From NCBI GenBank assembly GCA_004431415.1, contig QPMI01000469.1:62001-126000 (forward strand): a DNA stretch of 64,000 nucleotides, written 5' to 3'. This stretch comes from Cyanophora paradoxa CCMP329 (Eukaryota > Plantae > Glaucophyta). Numbering within the stretch: position 1 is the first letter of the stretch; every line of letters starts with the position of its first letter. Below are positions 11,672 to 23,800 of the stretch, one piece after another. A program made the position numbers and the translations under genes. The notes under the pieces were generated by a model. It was not told the DNA's origin. It saw nothing but the letters and a program-made list of their open reading frames with translations, and made no database searches.

Positions 11672-14600
11672 TCAGACGGCGGCGGCCTTGCGAAGGGGCG
11701 TGAGGTCAACTTCCGTCGGGAAGCGCTCCATGAACGCGAGCAGCCGCGCGGCGATCTTCTGCACGCCGCCCTGTGCGCGCCCCGGTCGAGGTGAGGCCCC
11801 CCTCGGCACTCTACCAAGCAGGCAGAGAAGAGGGCACCCCGACGTCGGATTCGATGTTGATGGGGAGGATGGGGTCATGGAGGGACTTGCGTGCGAGGAA
11901 CCAGCCCTCGGGGAAGCTCACCCGGATGCCCTGCGCGGCGCGCTCGGCTTCCGAGCTCTTCGGAGCGCCGGCGGCGGGGGGCGGCGGGGACCTCGTAGTT
12001 GGGCTCGACGACGCTCCAGCCCTCCTGCGCGGCATGTGCGGCGAGCGCATCCAGGACGCCCCCGGCGAACGCCGCGAAGTCCTCTCCCGAGAGCGCCAGC
12101 CTGCCGCGCGGGGCCGCCCCGTCAGGCGGACCCCTTCGAGCGAGGCGGGCGGGCGGGGGCGCGCCGGCACTCGGCCGCCTCCTTGGGCTCGCGGAGGCCC
12201 TCCGTGAGGACCGCCACAGCGTCCCTGCCCGAGCGGCCCAGCTCCACCAGCAGCTGCCCCCGCGCCAATGAGGGGCGGGGGCCATCCCTAAGGCTTCGAG
12301 GGCGCGGGCGGCGCGCCTTGACCATGAGGTAGGCGCCGTCGTCGAGGAAGAAGTTCTCGCGCATCGCCCCGTGGCCCGACGTCTCGATTGCCAGCCACGC
12401 CTCCTGCCGGGCGCGCGCTGGCTCAGGAACCGCGCCCACGCCGACCCCGCCGAGGAGCGCTGGCCAGGGAGGACCTGGCCCTCTCCGTTGAGGCGGACGG
12501 CCTCGTTGATGACGTTCTTGTAGCCGCGCTTGAAGCGGTGGTGCCGGCCCCCCAGCTTCCCCTCGATGAACTCCGCCAGGCCTGCCCCGCCCGCCGCCGG
12601 CGTCAGAGGGGCGGCCCTCCCCCATGCGAGGCGTGCGGGCGGGCGCGCCGTCCGAGGTGACTGAGTCGGTGACGATCGTTGAGCCCGGGTGCTCCCTCAG
12701 CACGATCGCTGCGGCGCGCCCCGCCGCGTCGGGCGCGCGGCATGGGCCCACAGGGCGCGCGAGGCGCACAGGAAAGGGCGGCGATGAGGCGGTTGCGGTT
12801 GATTTCCTGCCAGATGCATTAGGGCGTCAAAGAAAGTGAGGGGGGCGCGAGGGCGGACCTGGCCGTCCGAGTCGACGGCGCCGGCCCTGTCCACGTCCGT
12901 GTCGAAGATGATCCCGAGGTCCGCCTTGTGCGCCTGCGGCCCCGCCGGCGTCAGCCGCCCCGCCCCCTCGGGCCCCGCCCGGCAAGGGGGCCCGCCTGGA
13001 CGGCCCGAACGACGGATTCAATGGCCTCTGCCTCCTCCGGGTTAGGGATGTGGTTCGGGAACATCCCGTCCTGCGCCGGCGCCCGGAGCGCGCGCGTGAG
13101 TGCCGAAGGTGGCACACCGCGGCGGCGCCGCGCATGCTCGCCGGCTCGAGGAACTGGGAGCCGGTCACGTCGGCGCCCAGCGGTCGCAGGACCTTCTCCA
13201 CGAAAAAGCCCCCCGCGCCGTTCCCCGCGTCCTGCGGGGATGCACGTCGCGTCCGGCGCGTGGGCGAGGGCGAGGGCGAGGGCGAGGGCGAGGTCGGACC
13301 ACGAGGACGCGGAAGCCCTGCAGGGGCGTATCGTAGTGCTGTGGGTTGTTCACGCCCCTCCGGATCTTGTCCACCTGCGCGCGCGGGCGGGGGGGAAGAA
13401 GGGGGGAGGGCTCGGTCTTCCCCTCACCGGAGGGCGGGCGGGGGCGTCCCCCCCGCACCAGCAGGGCCGAGTAGTCGGACATGAAGTCGACGGCCTGCTC
13501 GCTGCCCTTCGCCGGCTCCTGCGCCCACGGCTCCTGCGCGGCGGAGGTCGATGCCGGCCAGCTGCAGGGTTCGAGCGCACCCCAAGGGATCGCACCGAGC
13601 CGGCCAGAGCCCCATGAATCTCGGCTGCGCCCGCGAGGATCTCTGTGATGTCCGGCTTGTCCAGGCCCCCATCCGCGGTGAAGAACTGCGGCGAAACTCA
13701 GTGCATGCGCGCACCGGGCGCCCCTCTGAACGAGGCACAAACCTTCACGCCGTTGCGATTGAACGGGAGGTGCGATGCTGTGATCATCACGCCACCTGCG
13801 CGCGGGGCTGTCGCGCGCGGCTCGGGGTCCCGATGTTCTTTGACCGGCTGGCCGCACCATCGTACGCGTGGCCGTCGGTCACTGTGGACATGAACATTGC
13901 GGGCGTCGACGCGATGCCGCAGTTCTTCACCGCGACCGCCTCTCTGGGCGCGCTCCAGTTCAATCCCGAATCGGTCGGACCCCACGCGATACGCACTGCC
14001 GGAGCCCGCGAGAGAATGCCGAGCGCAACCGGGGGCCCGATACGCGGGAGTCGCAGCCGACGGCCACGCTCAGCATGCTGCTAGGCTTGCCTTTCTGCGC
14101 GGCCAAGGGGGTCGGATCGGCCTAACACGGCGGCGGACGGCCGGCGTTTGCCCACCTTCTTGGCGAGCCACTGCGCGAAAGCCGCGCCTATAGAGTACAC
14201 GACGGGGTCCGTTAGGTTCACATCTTGTCCGGCAACGCCCTCGACGGCCACACCGCTGAACGCGGCCGGAGCTGTCAGTGCGCGGATGGCGGCAACGCGA
14301 AGGCGTACCGGATGTCGCTGCCGTTCTGCAGCTTCTTCCAGTCGATTCCGGCGCCGGATGCGGGCGGCGGCGCGGCTGAGCGCAACCGGAGTCAGCGCTC
14401 GGCTGGCAACAAGGCGCGGTCCTCAGGTCGGCTTGCCTGATGCGCTGGCGCGGAGCAGGAACGGCCTTGCCGGCTGCGAGGCTGACGGGGCGTTGGCCGC
14501 GCAACCGGGCCCGGGCCGAAGGGGCAGGAGGAACGATACCTGCCGTACGGCCTGACGTCCACGACCAGGGAGCGATCGGGCGGCCGAAGAACTGGCGGTT

Positions 14601-14777
14601 CAGTCCGCTCGAGGGCCTGCACTCCCTGACGGACGCGTACACGGCTGCGAGTCGTCAGGTCTCGTTGGCGCGGCGAGCCGGCGGGGACGTACGATGCTCG
14701 CATCGGTGCGTGCTCTCTGTGCCGCATGCCGGCACCGCACGCGTACGGGCTGGTGGGATCGCTTGCGTGAACGCCAT
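11672..14777 (-). CDS. Phosphomannomutase/phosphoglucomutase (alpha-D-phosphohexomutase), probably plastid-targeted, multi-exon
   Basis: LQNGSDIR N-motif, ASTPAMF, catalytic MITASHLP, metal loop FDTDVDR, IETSGHGA. N-terminus MAFTQAIPP is presequence-like. Confidence 0.9.
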
Positions 14778-14908
14778 GAAATACAATACCCTTGGTCGCC
14801 GACGAGTCTGAGGACGAGACTCGAGTGCAGCGGCGAACTCAGCAGGCAGGCTCCGAACGCGGAGAACGTAAGCGGGAGTTGTCTCCGCGGCGGTAGCCGC
14901 ACGGCACC

Positions 14909-17301
14909 ATGGCGCGCCAGACGCTGCTGCGGCTGGCGCTTGCCGCGGTGCTGGCGGTCGCGGCATTCGCCTACTCCGAAAACGAGGAGGTGACATTCTA
15001 CACGAACAAGGTCTGCGGCCTCGCGCCTTCGCGCCTTCCTGCGTGTAGCTGAGCCGAGGGCAGGTTGGGCCCTATGCGAACCCCAGCGAAACCTACCAGT
15101 ACTACACGCTGCCGTTCTGCCAGCCCCAGACCCTCCATTACAAGTCAGAAGATCTCGGGGAGCTGCTCGAGGGCGACCGCATGGTCAAAGCGTGCGCAAC
15201 CGCGCTCCCCGCGTCCCTCGCGTGCACGTGTGAACTCTAACGCTGCCCTTGATCAGTCTCTATAACCTGAAGTTCAGAGGTCCGCTCCCGCGCGCTGTCG
15301 GGGCGCACCCACGCGATCCCTCCGCCTCTCTGACAACGCCCCGCAGACGAGTTCAAGATGCAGACGCTCTGCGACAAGAAGCTGACTGCGGACGACGTGC
15401 GGCGCTTCCAGGAGGCCATCGAGCAGGACTACTACTTCGAACTCTACTATGGTGCGCCCGGCTGGGCAGTGGCGCGCCGGCCGCGTTTCTTATGCAGCGG
15501 GCGCTTCCAGACGATCTTCCTGTGTGGGGATTCATCGGTGAGATCGAGAAGCGGATCGAGAACGGCGCGGAAGTCACGAAGTACTTCCTGTTCACCCATC
15601 TGCAGTTCACCATTTCCTACAACGGCCCCCAGGTTCATTCCTTTTAAATGCATTGATAGGTTACTCAGACTGAAGCCCATAAGGTCATCGAGATCGTCGT
15701 TGTCGCGGACCCGCTCAAGCGAAAGGACATCACGGAGGTCGAGGCGATGTCGGTCGAGTTCACGTACTCTGCGAAGTGGATCCCGACCGATATCGCTTAC
15801 GAGAACCGCATGGAAAAGTACTCGCGGCACTCGTTCCTCCCTCAGCATCTCGAAATCCACTGGTTTTCCATCATCAACTCCTGTGTCACCGTCTTCCTCC
15901 TTACCGGATTCCTTGCTACGATCCTTCTTCGCATGCTGAAGAATGATTTCGTGAAGTACACGCGCGAGGACGAGGAGGACGGTTCGGCCCTGTTGAATGT
16001 TTTTGCCGAACCTTCTTTCTAACTATATCTTTTTGCAGACCAGGAGGACACTGGCTGGAAGCTCATCCACGGCGACGTGTTTCGTTTCCCGCCGCATATC
16101 AACCTCTTCTCGTCGATCCTTGGTGTGGGCACACAGCTGGTCACTCTCGTTACTTGCATTTTCCTCCTTGCACTGGCTGGTGTGTTCTACCCCTACAGCC
16201 GCGGCGCCATGTACACGGCCGCCATCGTGTTGTACGCACTCACCGCCGGTGAGCTTCCCGCATGGAAGGCACACTTACGGCTGTGCTCAAAACTTCCCTC
16301 GCAGGCATCTCTGGGTACGTCTCTGCCGCATGGTACAAGAAGCTTGGCGGCGAGGCCTGGGTCGCGAACATCATGGTCACCGTGGTCCTGTATGCTGGCC
16401 CCTTTTTCCTCATGTTTGCTTTCCTCAACACGGTCAGCTTGTTTCTTTACGAAATTGCTGAAGCATGCCATGAAGCTGACCTCTTGTCTGGGATAGGTTG
16501 CCATCGCCTACGACTCCACAGCTGCGCTGCCATTCGGCACTATTCTTGTCATCATCCTCATTTGGGCCTTGGGTTCGAGGAATCCTTGTCAGCACATTGC
16601 AGCGTCAATCTGATTTCGCATCCCTCAGTGACATTCCCGCTCACTGTCGTTGGTGGCATTGCTGGCAAGAACATGTCGGCTGCCTTCAGCGCACCTTGCA
16701 GGACGACCAAGATGCCCCGCGAGATCCCGCCCCTCCCCTGGTACCGCCAGGCCCCTGCTCAGATGGTCATGGCTGGGTTCCTGCCATTCAGGTGCGAACA
16801 CATGACTGATTCCTTCGATGAACACACGCCTTCTTACCCCTTCCTCATTAGCGCCATCTACATTGAGCTGTACTACATCTTTACGAGTGTGTGGGGCCAC
16901 AAGGTGTACACGATCTACAGTGAGCGTTCTCTTCGTTTCGTACTGTCAAAGCTTTCCATCTAACTCTGTTCGCAGGCATCCTCTTCATCGTGTTCATCAT
17001 CCTCATTATTGTGACGGCGTTCATCACGATTGCGCTCACCTACTTCCAGCTTGCCGTGGAGGACCACGAGTGGTGGTGGCGCTCTATCTTCTCGGGCGGC
17101 TCGACCGCCCTCTTCATTTATGGCTACTGCTTCTACTACTACTTTGCCCGCTCGGATATGAGCGGCTTCCTTCAGACGTCGTTCTTCTTTGGCCATATGC
17201 TCTCCATCTGCTACGGCTTCTTCCTCCTCCTGGGCTCGATCGGCTTCTACTCAAGCCTCGTGTTTGTTAAACACATCTACAAGGCGATCAAGTGTGATTG
17301 A
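14909..17301 (+). CDS. TM9SF: Transmembrane 9 superfamily (nonaspanin/EMP70) protein, multi-exon
   Basis: Signal peptide; [19 protein letters not shown]; [10 protein letters not shown]; [13 protein letters not shown]; C-terminal IYKAIKCD. Confidence 0.95.
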
Positions 17302-17667
17302 TAGAAATCTCTGTAATTGAACCAAAGTAAGGTGCCGAGTCGTCGTAATGCCGAGACTAATGCGCCACCGCCAGTCGGGAAAGTGCCGAGAGGTCAAGAG
17401 CGCTATATAACATGGATCCCCGCAGGCCCGGGGGCCAGAAGCGCTAACCTGCTCATTTAGATCTGGATCCCGCTGCCCTGCGCGTGCGACGACGCACATG
17501 CTGAGGCCTAGGTCGAGCTCGAGCGAATTGCCGCGCGATATTCGTAATGAAGAAACAACCGCGCGCCCGTGCCGGCTGCGCGCGGCGCGCGCCGGCGGCG
17601 CTATGGAGCAGAAGGGTCGGCCGGGGAGTCGAGCCCGAGGGTCAGAATGTCGAGAACCGGTGCAATA

Positions 17668-17739
17668 TAGCCCGACCGGGAATCGAACCCGGATTTCGGC
17701 CGTGTGAAAGCCGTGTACTAACCGTTATACTATCAGGCC
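17668..17739 (-). tRNA. tRNA-Val (anticodon CAC)
   Basis: 72-nt cloverleaf: GGCCTGA/TCGGGCT acceptor, CGGCT-TTCACAC-GGCCG anticodon arm, CCGGG-TTCGATT-CCCGG T arm, discriminator A. Confidence 0.9.
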
Positions 17740-18489
17740 GGTTGAGAGGTGCGATCCAGCACGGCAGGTCTCCAACAACGCAGCCGTGGGCAGCATGTGC
17801 AGCTTGCGCCTTCGCCGGCATGCGCAGTGCCGTGCGCATGCAGGCTTAAGCTTCACTACTACTTTGCCTGATAAAAAAGTGCACTTCACTAGCTGTGCAA
17901 AGTGTGCGCATGCCTTCTAAACTGTGCCACGGTGCAGCCGGGCCGGGTATACGTATACGTATATATATACGTACCGTAGTACCGGTACGTAGATCATCGG
18001 ATCTACTAGGCTAGACGCTGCACGATGCCATGCCATGCATATGATGATGCCCGCTAGCTATAGCGCCTTCCGAAGTTCGCGCCAGCATGCACATATGCAT
18101 GCCATGCATATATATATATATATATGATGCCGCCGTGCGCATGCGCAGTGCGCGTACACGTGCACGTGCCAGCCTGGCAGCGTCGTGCAGGGAATATAAA
18201 AAATACGTTTACTGTTATCGATATCCAGCACTGTTATCGATATCCAGCACTGCGGCATGGCTTCTTGTTCCAATATTAATACGCAACATGGGCAGTATAC
18301 GTATATATATGTATATGTCACAGCTGCAGTGTGCGCATGCAGCTCAGCGGCTAGCTATGATCATGAAGCTTATATAATTAAGACTTGAAGATTAAGATCA
18401 TCGGATTCTGGCCCCGCCGGCTCGGCAGGGGCCCGGGGGCCCGGGGCCGCGGACTCCAAAGATTCACACAGACTCAGGGTATTACGACC

Positions 18490-20397
18490 TCAGGACTCCG
18501 GGACTCCTAGCAAATCTGCATCAGCGCCCGCCGAGCCCGCCGGCCCCACTGCCGTGGTGGCGCCACCCTTTCGGGGGAAGGGGCTGCCCCCCAGGCCCTG
18601 TCGGGCCCTCCAGCTCGGGCCGCCGCTCCGCCCACCTCCGCACTGGCTTCCCGCCCACGCCAGCGTACGCGTACGTCTCCTGGCCATGGCTCGCGGGGGA
18701 GGGCGACTGTGTCGGCGGCCGGGCCCCAGGAGGCGCCGGCACCTGAGGTGTTGTGTCTGGCTCTGCGAGCAGCCGGCGGCGGCCCGCTTCTCGCCGCGCC
18801 TTGGGCCGATCGCAGCGGAAGGCGTTGCTGCGCAAGGAAGTGAGGAAATTATAGCGGATGGGAGTTGGGCGGACCTGGAGGAGTTGAGACCGCGGGCGGC
18901 GCGCGCGATGCACGGGGCCAGTGCGCGCTGCTCGGCATGCAACGTACGGCGCCTCGGGAGGCGCCCCGCCTCCACCTCGCCCATCGCGTGCACCTACCAC
19001 ACTGCTCAAAAGGGCCCGGGAATGAAGGAGGGAGCGCGGCGTGCACCTCCCCGCGAGCGGACCAGACGGCGACCTTGGTCCCGACGAGGGCGGAGCGGTC
19101 CGCGAAGAGCTCGTGCTCGCATCCCTCGCAGTCGACCTGCGAAACGGTCTCACGGCGCTACGCTATCTAACCCGGGGGAGCCTCCGGCGCGCCTTGAGGA
19201 GGCCGACCGAGAGGGGGGCAGTGCCCAGGTCAGCGCGGATCTGCAAGGTACTGTCAGAAGGCAGGGAACGATGTGGGTGAAGTAGAGAGTGAACGCGCCT
19301 GGTCCCAGATCTCGTCGAGGGTGACGGAGGGCACAAGCCCCCCTCCCTGCTCCTCCGCAACCGGTTCCTCCGCCTCCGCCACGTGGTGCTCCGGCGCGGG
19401 GTCCTCGTCGTGGCCCCCCGGGAGGTCCTGCCGGAAACTTCGCCCGTACACGTTCGTGAAGAGGCTGCGTAGGGTACAGCGTTTGAATCCTGGCGGGGAG
19501 CGCGCTCTAGGCGCCGCGCACTGGCTCTCGGCGTCGTAACGGATGCGTACCGGGCGCCCGTCGCCCGTGACGGCTGCGTTGAAGATTCGGACACGGCCGG
19601 TCAGGTTGTTCGCCCGGATGTTGTGCTGCAGGAAGGCGAACGCGCGGGGCGCCGGCTCGTACGCGTAAACGCGTGCCTGAGAAGGAGAGCGGTCCGTCAG
19701 GAAGCCAAACTCAAAGCGCTGGCTACCGGGAAGTGCAACACGCCTGTGGCCAGAGCTCTGCGGCCAGGATGCTGAATAGCCCCATCTGCGTGCGCGGGCG
19801 CTCAGAGAAGAGCGAGGTCGAAACCCTAAGAGCTCCAAGCTCATGCGAGGGCGCGCACGTTTGCGCCGATGTCGACGACGATGTCGCCGGGCCGCACATC
19901 GGCCTCCAGCATCCCGTACTTGTCCGCTGCGCCCGTGATCAGATGCCAGGCACCACTCTTCGAGCTCGCGGCGCACTGGCGAAGTCGTTGACAAGGAGGC
20001 CGACCTGGTATTGACCCGCGCGCTCGACGCGCAGGTACGTGGAAGCCAGCAGGTCCGCCATCTCCGGCTTCACGGCGCGACGCCGCCGTGCCAGTCCCTC
20101 GCACCAGTGCTCGCCGAATGCAGCGTCCTCTCTCATGAAGAAGGGCTGCGCCATGAGGTTGCCGAAGCCTGCGCTCTCCGCTTCGAGGAACAGTGCAATG
20201 CCATCAGGTTCCCGCTCTGCCCTGACCGCCGCAAGCTCCTGCGTGCTCACGCTCGCGCCTGCGACGATCGGATCAACCGCGCGCGAGCGGGCTATAGCTA
20301 GCTCGAGCTGTGGCAGGGCACCGCAGACACAGGCCGCTCCAGCCAGAAAGCCGAGGAGCAGCACCGCGTGCGCGTGTGGCATGTTTCGCCGTAGCAT
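18490..20397 (-). CDS. FkbM-family (Methyltransf_21) SAM-dependent methyltransferase with N-terminal signal peptide, multi-exon
   Basis: VVDIGANV-G, RVYAYEP, NIRANNL, VTLDE, LKVDCEGCE motifs. 3' end approximate. Confidence 0.85.
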
Positions 20398-20808
20398 ACA
20401 CCGGGCGCCTCAGCCCAGCCCTTTCCGTCAGGCCGGAACCCCACCTGCCTGGAGCTCGCCCGTCGTTGTCTGGCACGTTGAGCTCGTGAGCGCTAGCTTG
20501 GAGAGCTTTCGATTGTGCTGTCGCGGTGCCTCTATGCATTGCCTGAGCTCAGCGTCTCGCGTCTCTCTGCGCATGCATGCGCATGCACTTTCCGTCGGTT
20601 CGTGCCGGCCTGGAATGTGTACCCCGGTCCCGATCCCCCTCCCCGAAACGTACGTGCAAGCCTTGAAGCGCGCGCGGCCTGCTGCAAATGCAGATGCGGC
20701 ACGCGCAGCAAAACACATCCATGGCGGCGCAGACGCTTGGATATATTACGTTTATGAACCGATAACATGAACCGAGAGAAAAGGGGAAGAAGAAGGAAGT
20801 GGGGAGCG

Positions 20809-23800
20809 TCAGCGAACGAGCGCCTCAATATGCTCCATGCGCGCCTCTGACTTGGCGGACGAGGACTTGCGGTTGGCGGGGGAGAGGCCGGTGCCCCCGG
20901 ACCGGCGGCCCGTGGAGGGCACCCTCGGGACGCTGGGCTCCTTCTCGGTCTCGACGGGGGCACCAGCGGCGAGGGGCGAGGCCGTGAGGAGGGGGTCCGC
21001 CTCTCGGTCTGACGCGTACGTGGAAACGGTGCCCGAGCGCCGGCCAGGCCCGATCGGGGGAAGGTGCGAGGGCGGCGGCGTCGCCCGGCCCAGCAGCTGC
21101 ATCGCGGTGGCCTCGATGCTTTCCGAGGCGACGACTGGCAGCGCCAGCGGCGGAGGCTGCTCCGACGACGCCTCGACCCAGCGCTCCGAGGGGGAGGGCG
21201 GGGCGGCCATCCCCGGGAGGGGCCGGCTCGGGTCCGTGCGAGCCGCGACATACTTGCCGCCGCTGACCTGCCCGCGGCTAACCGCTGACACGAGAGACGA
21301 ATCCGAGCCCGAGGGGGCCGTGACCAGCGCCCCGCCACCCCCTCCGGGCCCGCCGCCAACTCCGCCAGGGGCGGGGCCGTCCGTGGCGGCGAGGGCGGGG
21401 AGGAGGCCGCGGATGAGGGGCGAGGAGAGGCTGGCGGACTGGGAGGGCGACGGGGTGGATACGCCCGAGACGGGGAGGGGCCCCGCGGTGCGCGCGAGGC
21501 CGTCCGAGGCGGAGCTGCCGACGACCTCCTCGCTGCTCGAATTGCGCGTGACGACTAGCGCCCCCGAGGAGGCGCCCGCCGCCGCGCCGGCGGCCTTCGC
21601 GTAGCCGCCCACCCCCGCCAGCCCCGTGCGCTCCGCCTCCCGGTCCGGTGGCGGGCTCCGCGCTGCGCGCTCTGAGGCACCGAGATCAGCCGGTGGGGCG
21701 CGAATGGAGAGGCGCGAGGCGAGGGCGCACGGGCGCGCTCAGGGGCCGGAGCCCCCTGCTCAAGCGGCGCCCCGCCGATCTCACTCGGGGGCGCCGCCTG
21801 CCCGTTTTTTGGCAGGCCACGGAGGTCGCTGGGGGGCACCGTATCGTAGAGCTCTCGCCCGCAGCAGCAGCCGCAGACGAGGATGGAGTGCGGGGGGAAG
21901 GGCGGGTGCGGGGTGGGGCTCGGGGCGACGGCGGCGGCGTTGGGGCGGCGGCGGGCGCGGCGGAGGGCGCGGCGCTCGAGCAGCTCGACCTCCTGGATGA
22001 TCTCGAGGGGCCGGGGCCAGAGCTCGCGCCGCGCCGCCGCGTAGATCATGTCGGGGAGGAGGCACGTCGCGATGATGACGGCGCCGCCGAGCCAGAAGGG
22101 CGCTGCCGTGAACATGCGCTCCGAGGTATCCTGCAGGGAGACAACCGGCTCGAAGGCCGCGAACCAGACGGCCACGAAGACCCCGTAGAAGAGTAGCGAG
22201 CCCCAGACCGCCAGGTGGTTCACCCACGTCCACGTCCTGCGCGGCGCGGCGCGTGAGGCGGGGGCCTCCCAAGGGGACGCAGGAGGGCCGCCTCACCGGG
22301 TCATGGCTCCGCACTTGAGCGTGACGAGCACGATGATCCAGGTGTACGTTAGGACCGACCACGTCGAGAGGTCCAGGACGGTGCCCCCCGGGCGGTCCGC
22401 CCCGCCGTGCCCCACCACGATGCGCATCGAGAAGAAGAACATGACGAGGGAGTGCCAGACGCCCTTGAGGATCCACGTCCAGAAGAGGCGCATGTTGAAG
22501 GCGGAGCCGAGCTGGCCGGCGCGGTAAAGGCCCGGGAAGCGCTCCGGGGTGCGGTGGCGCGTCTCCTGGTCGCAGCAGGCGACGATGATGATGGGGAGGG
22601 CCGTGAAGATCGTGTTGTAGAGGGTCAGGAGGATGTCGGGGAAGAAGTTGAGGCCCGAGAAGCCGCCGTGGATGTTGAACCAGAGCTGGTTCAGGATGAA
22701 CGCGAAGTTCTTGTAGAAGCTGTAGAGGATGAGCGCCGAGATCCGCTTGTAGGACCAGAGCCCGTGCACGAGCAGGAGCCGCCCTAGGAAGCGGAACTGG
22801 GCGATCGCGTAGTCCGAGGAGCGCACGGCCTGCAGGCCCTCCAGGCCCGAGATGCCGACGCCGATGTGGGCCTCCTGGATCATCGCCACGTCGTTGGCGC
22901 CGTCCCCGATGGCAAGCGTGATGGCGTCGACGGCGCGGCGGACGAGGCGCACAACCAGCGCCTTCTGCAGGGGCGTGACGCGGCAGCAGATGACGGCGGC
23001 GGCGCCCTGCGCCAGCGAGAGCAGCGGCCGCTTCAAGTCCTCCTCCAGGCAATGCGCAAGCGTCGCGCCGTCGATAACGACGGCGGTCGAGGAGCCGGCG
23101 GGGAGTGCCTGCGTCTGCACGAGCGCCCGCTCCAGCTGCTTCCGCGCCTCCTCCTTGCTCGCCGCGTTTAGCTTGAGCACCAGGAGGCTCCGGTCGATCA
23201 GCGAGCACGACTTGCCGATGTTGATCGCCGTTTCCTGGCCGGCCCAGTCTCAGCGCCCGGCCCGTGGGCGGGAGCTTCGGATAAACGCTTAGGAAGCCAT
23301 CAGAGGTCCAGACATATATATAGTGTGAAATCAGGCCCCCCATGGGGGGCTCATGCTAACAGGGAGAGAGCCATCACGTGGCCGGGGGTCCCAGAGTGAA
23401 GCCCCGCCCGCCCCGCCCCGCCGGCCGCCGCGCGGCGCACCTGCTTGTCGCCGGTGAGCATCCAGATCTTGATGTGGGCGTCGCGGAGGAGGCGAATGGT
23501 CTCGGGAACGCCGGCCTGCAGGCGGTCCTCGATGCCCGTCGCCCCCAGCAGGCGCAAGTCCTTCTCGATCAGCTCGCACGCATCCTCCACTTTCTGCTCC
23601 CGGTTCACGACCGCCGTCGCCGCCTTCTTGAAGGTGGCGTCCCAGTCGGCGTGCTCCGCCGGGGTCAGCGAGAGGGCCGACAGGCAGAGGGTGCGCAGGC
23701 CGTCCAGCGCGAACTCGTCCAGGTGGCGCTGCGTCGTCTCCAGCAGCGGGTCCGCGGCGCGCAGGCGGTCGATGATGACCGAGTCGGCCCCCTTGCAGTA

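Noticed and set aside
17668-17739. tRNA-Glu(TTC) reading of the anticodon loop
   Set aside because: Correct stem pairing centres the 7-nt loop TTCACAC on CAC, giving Val.
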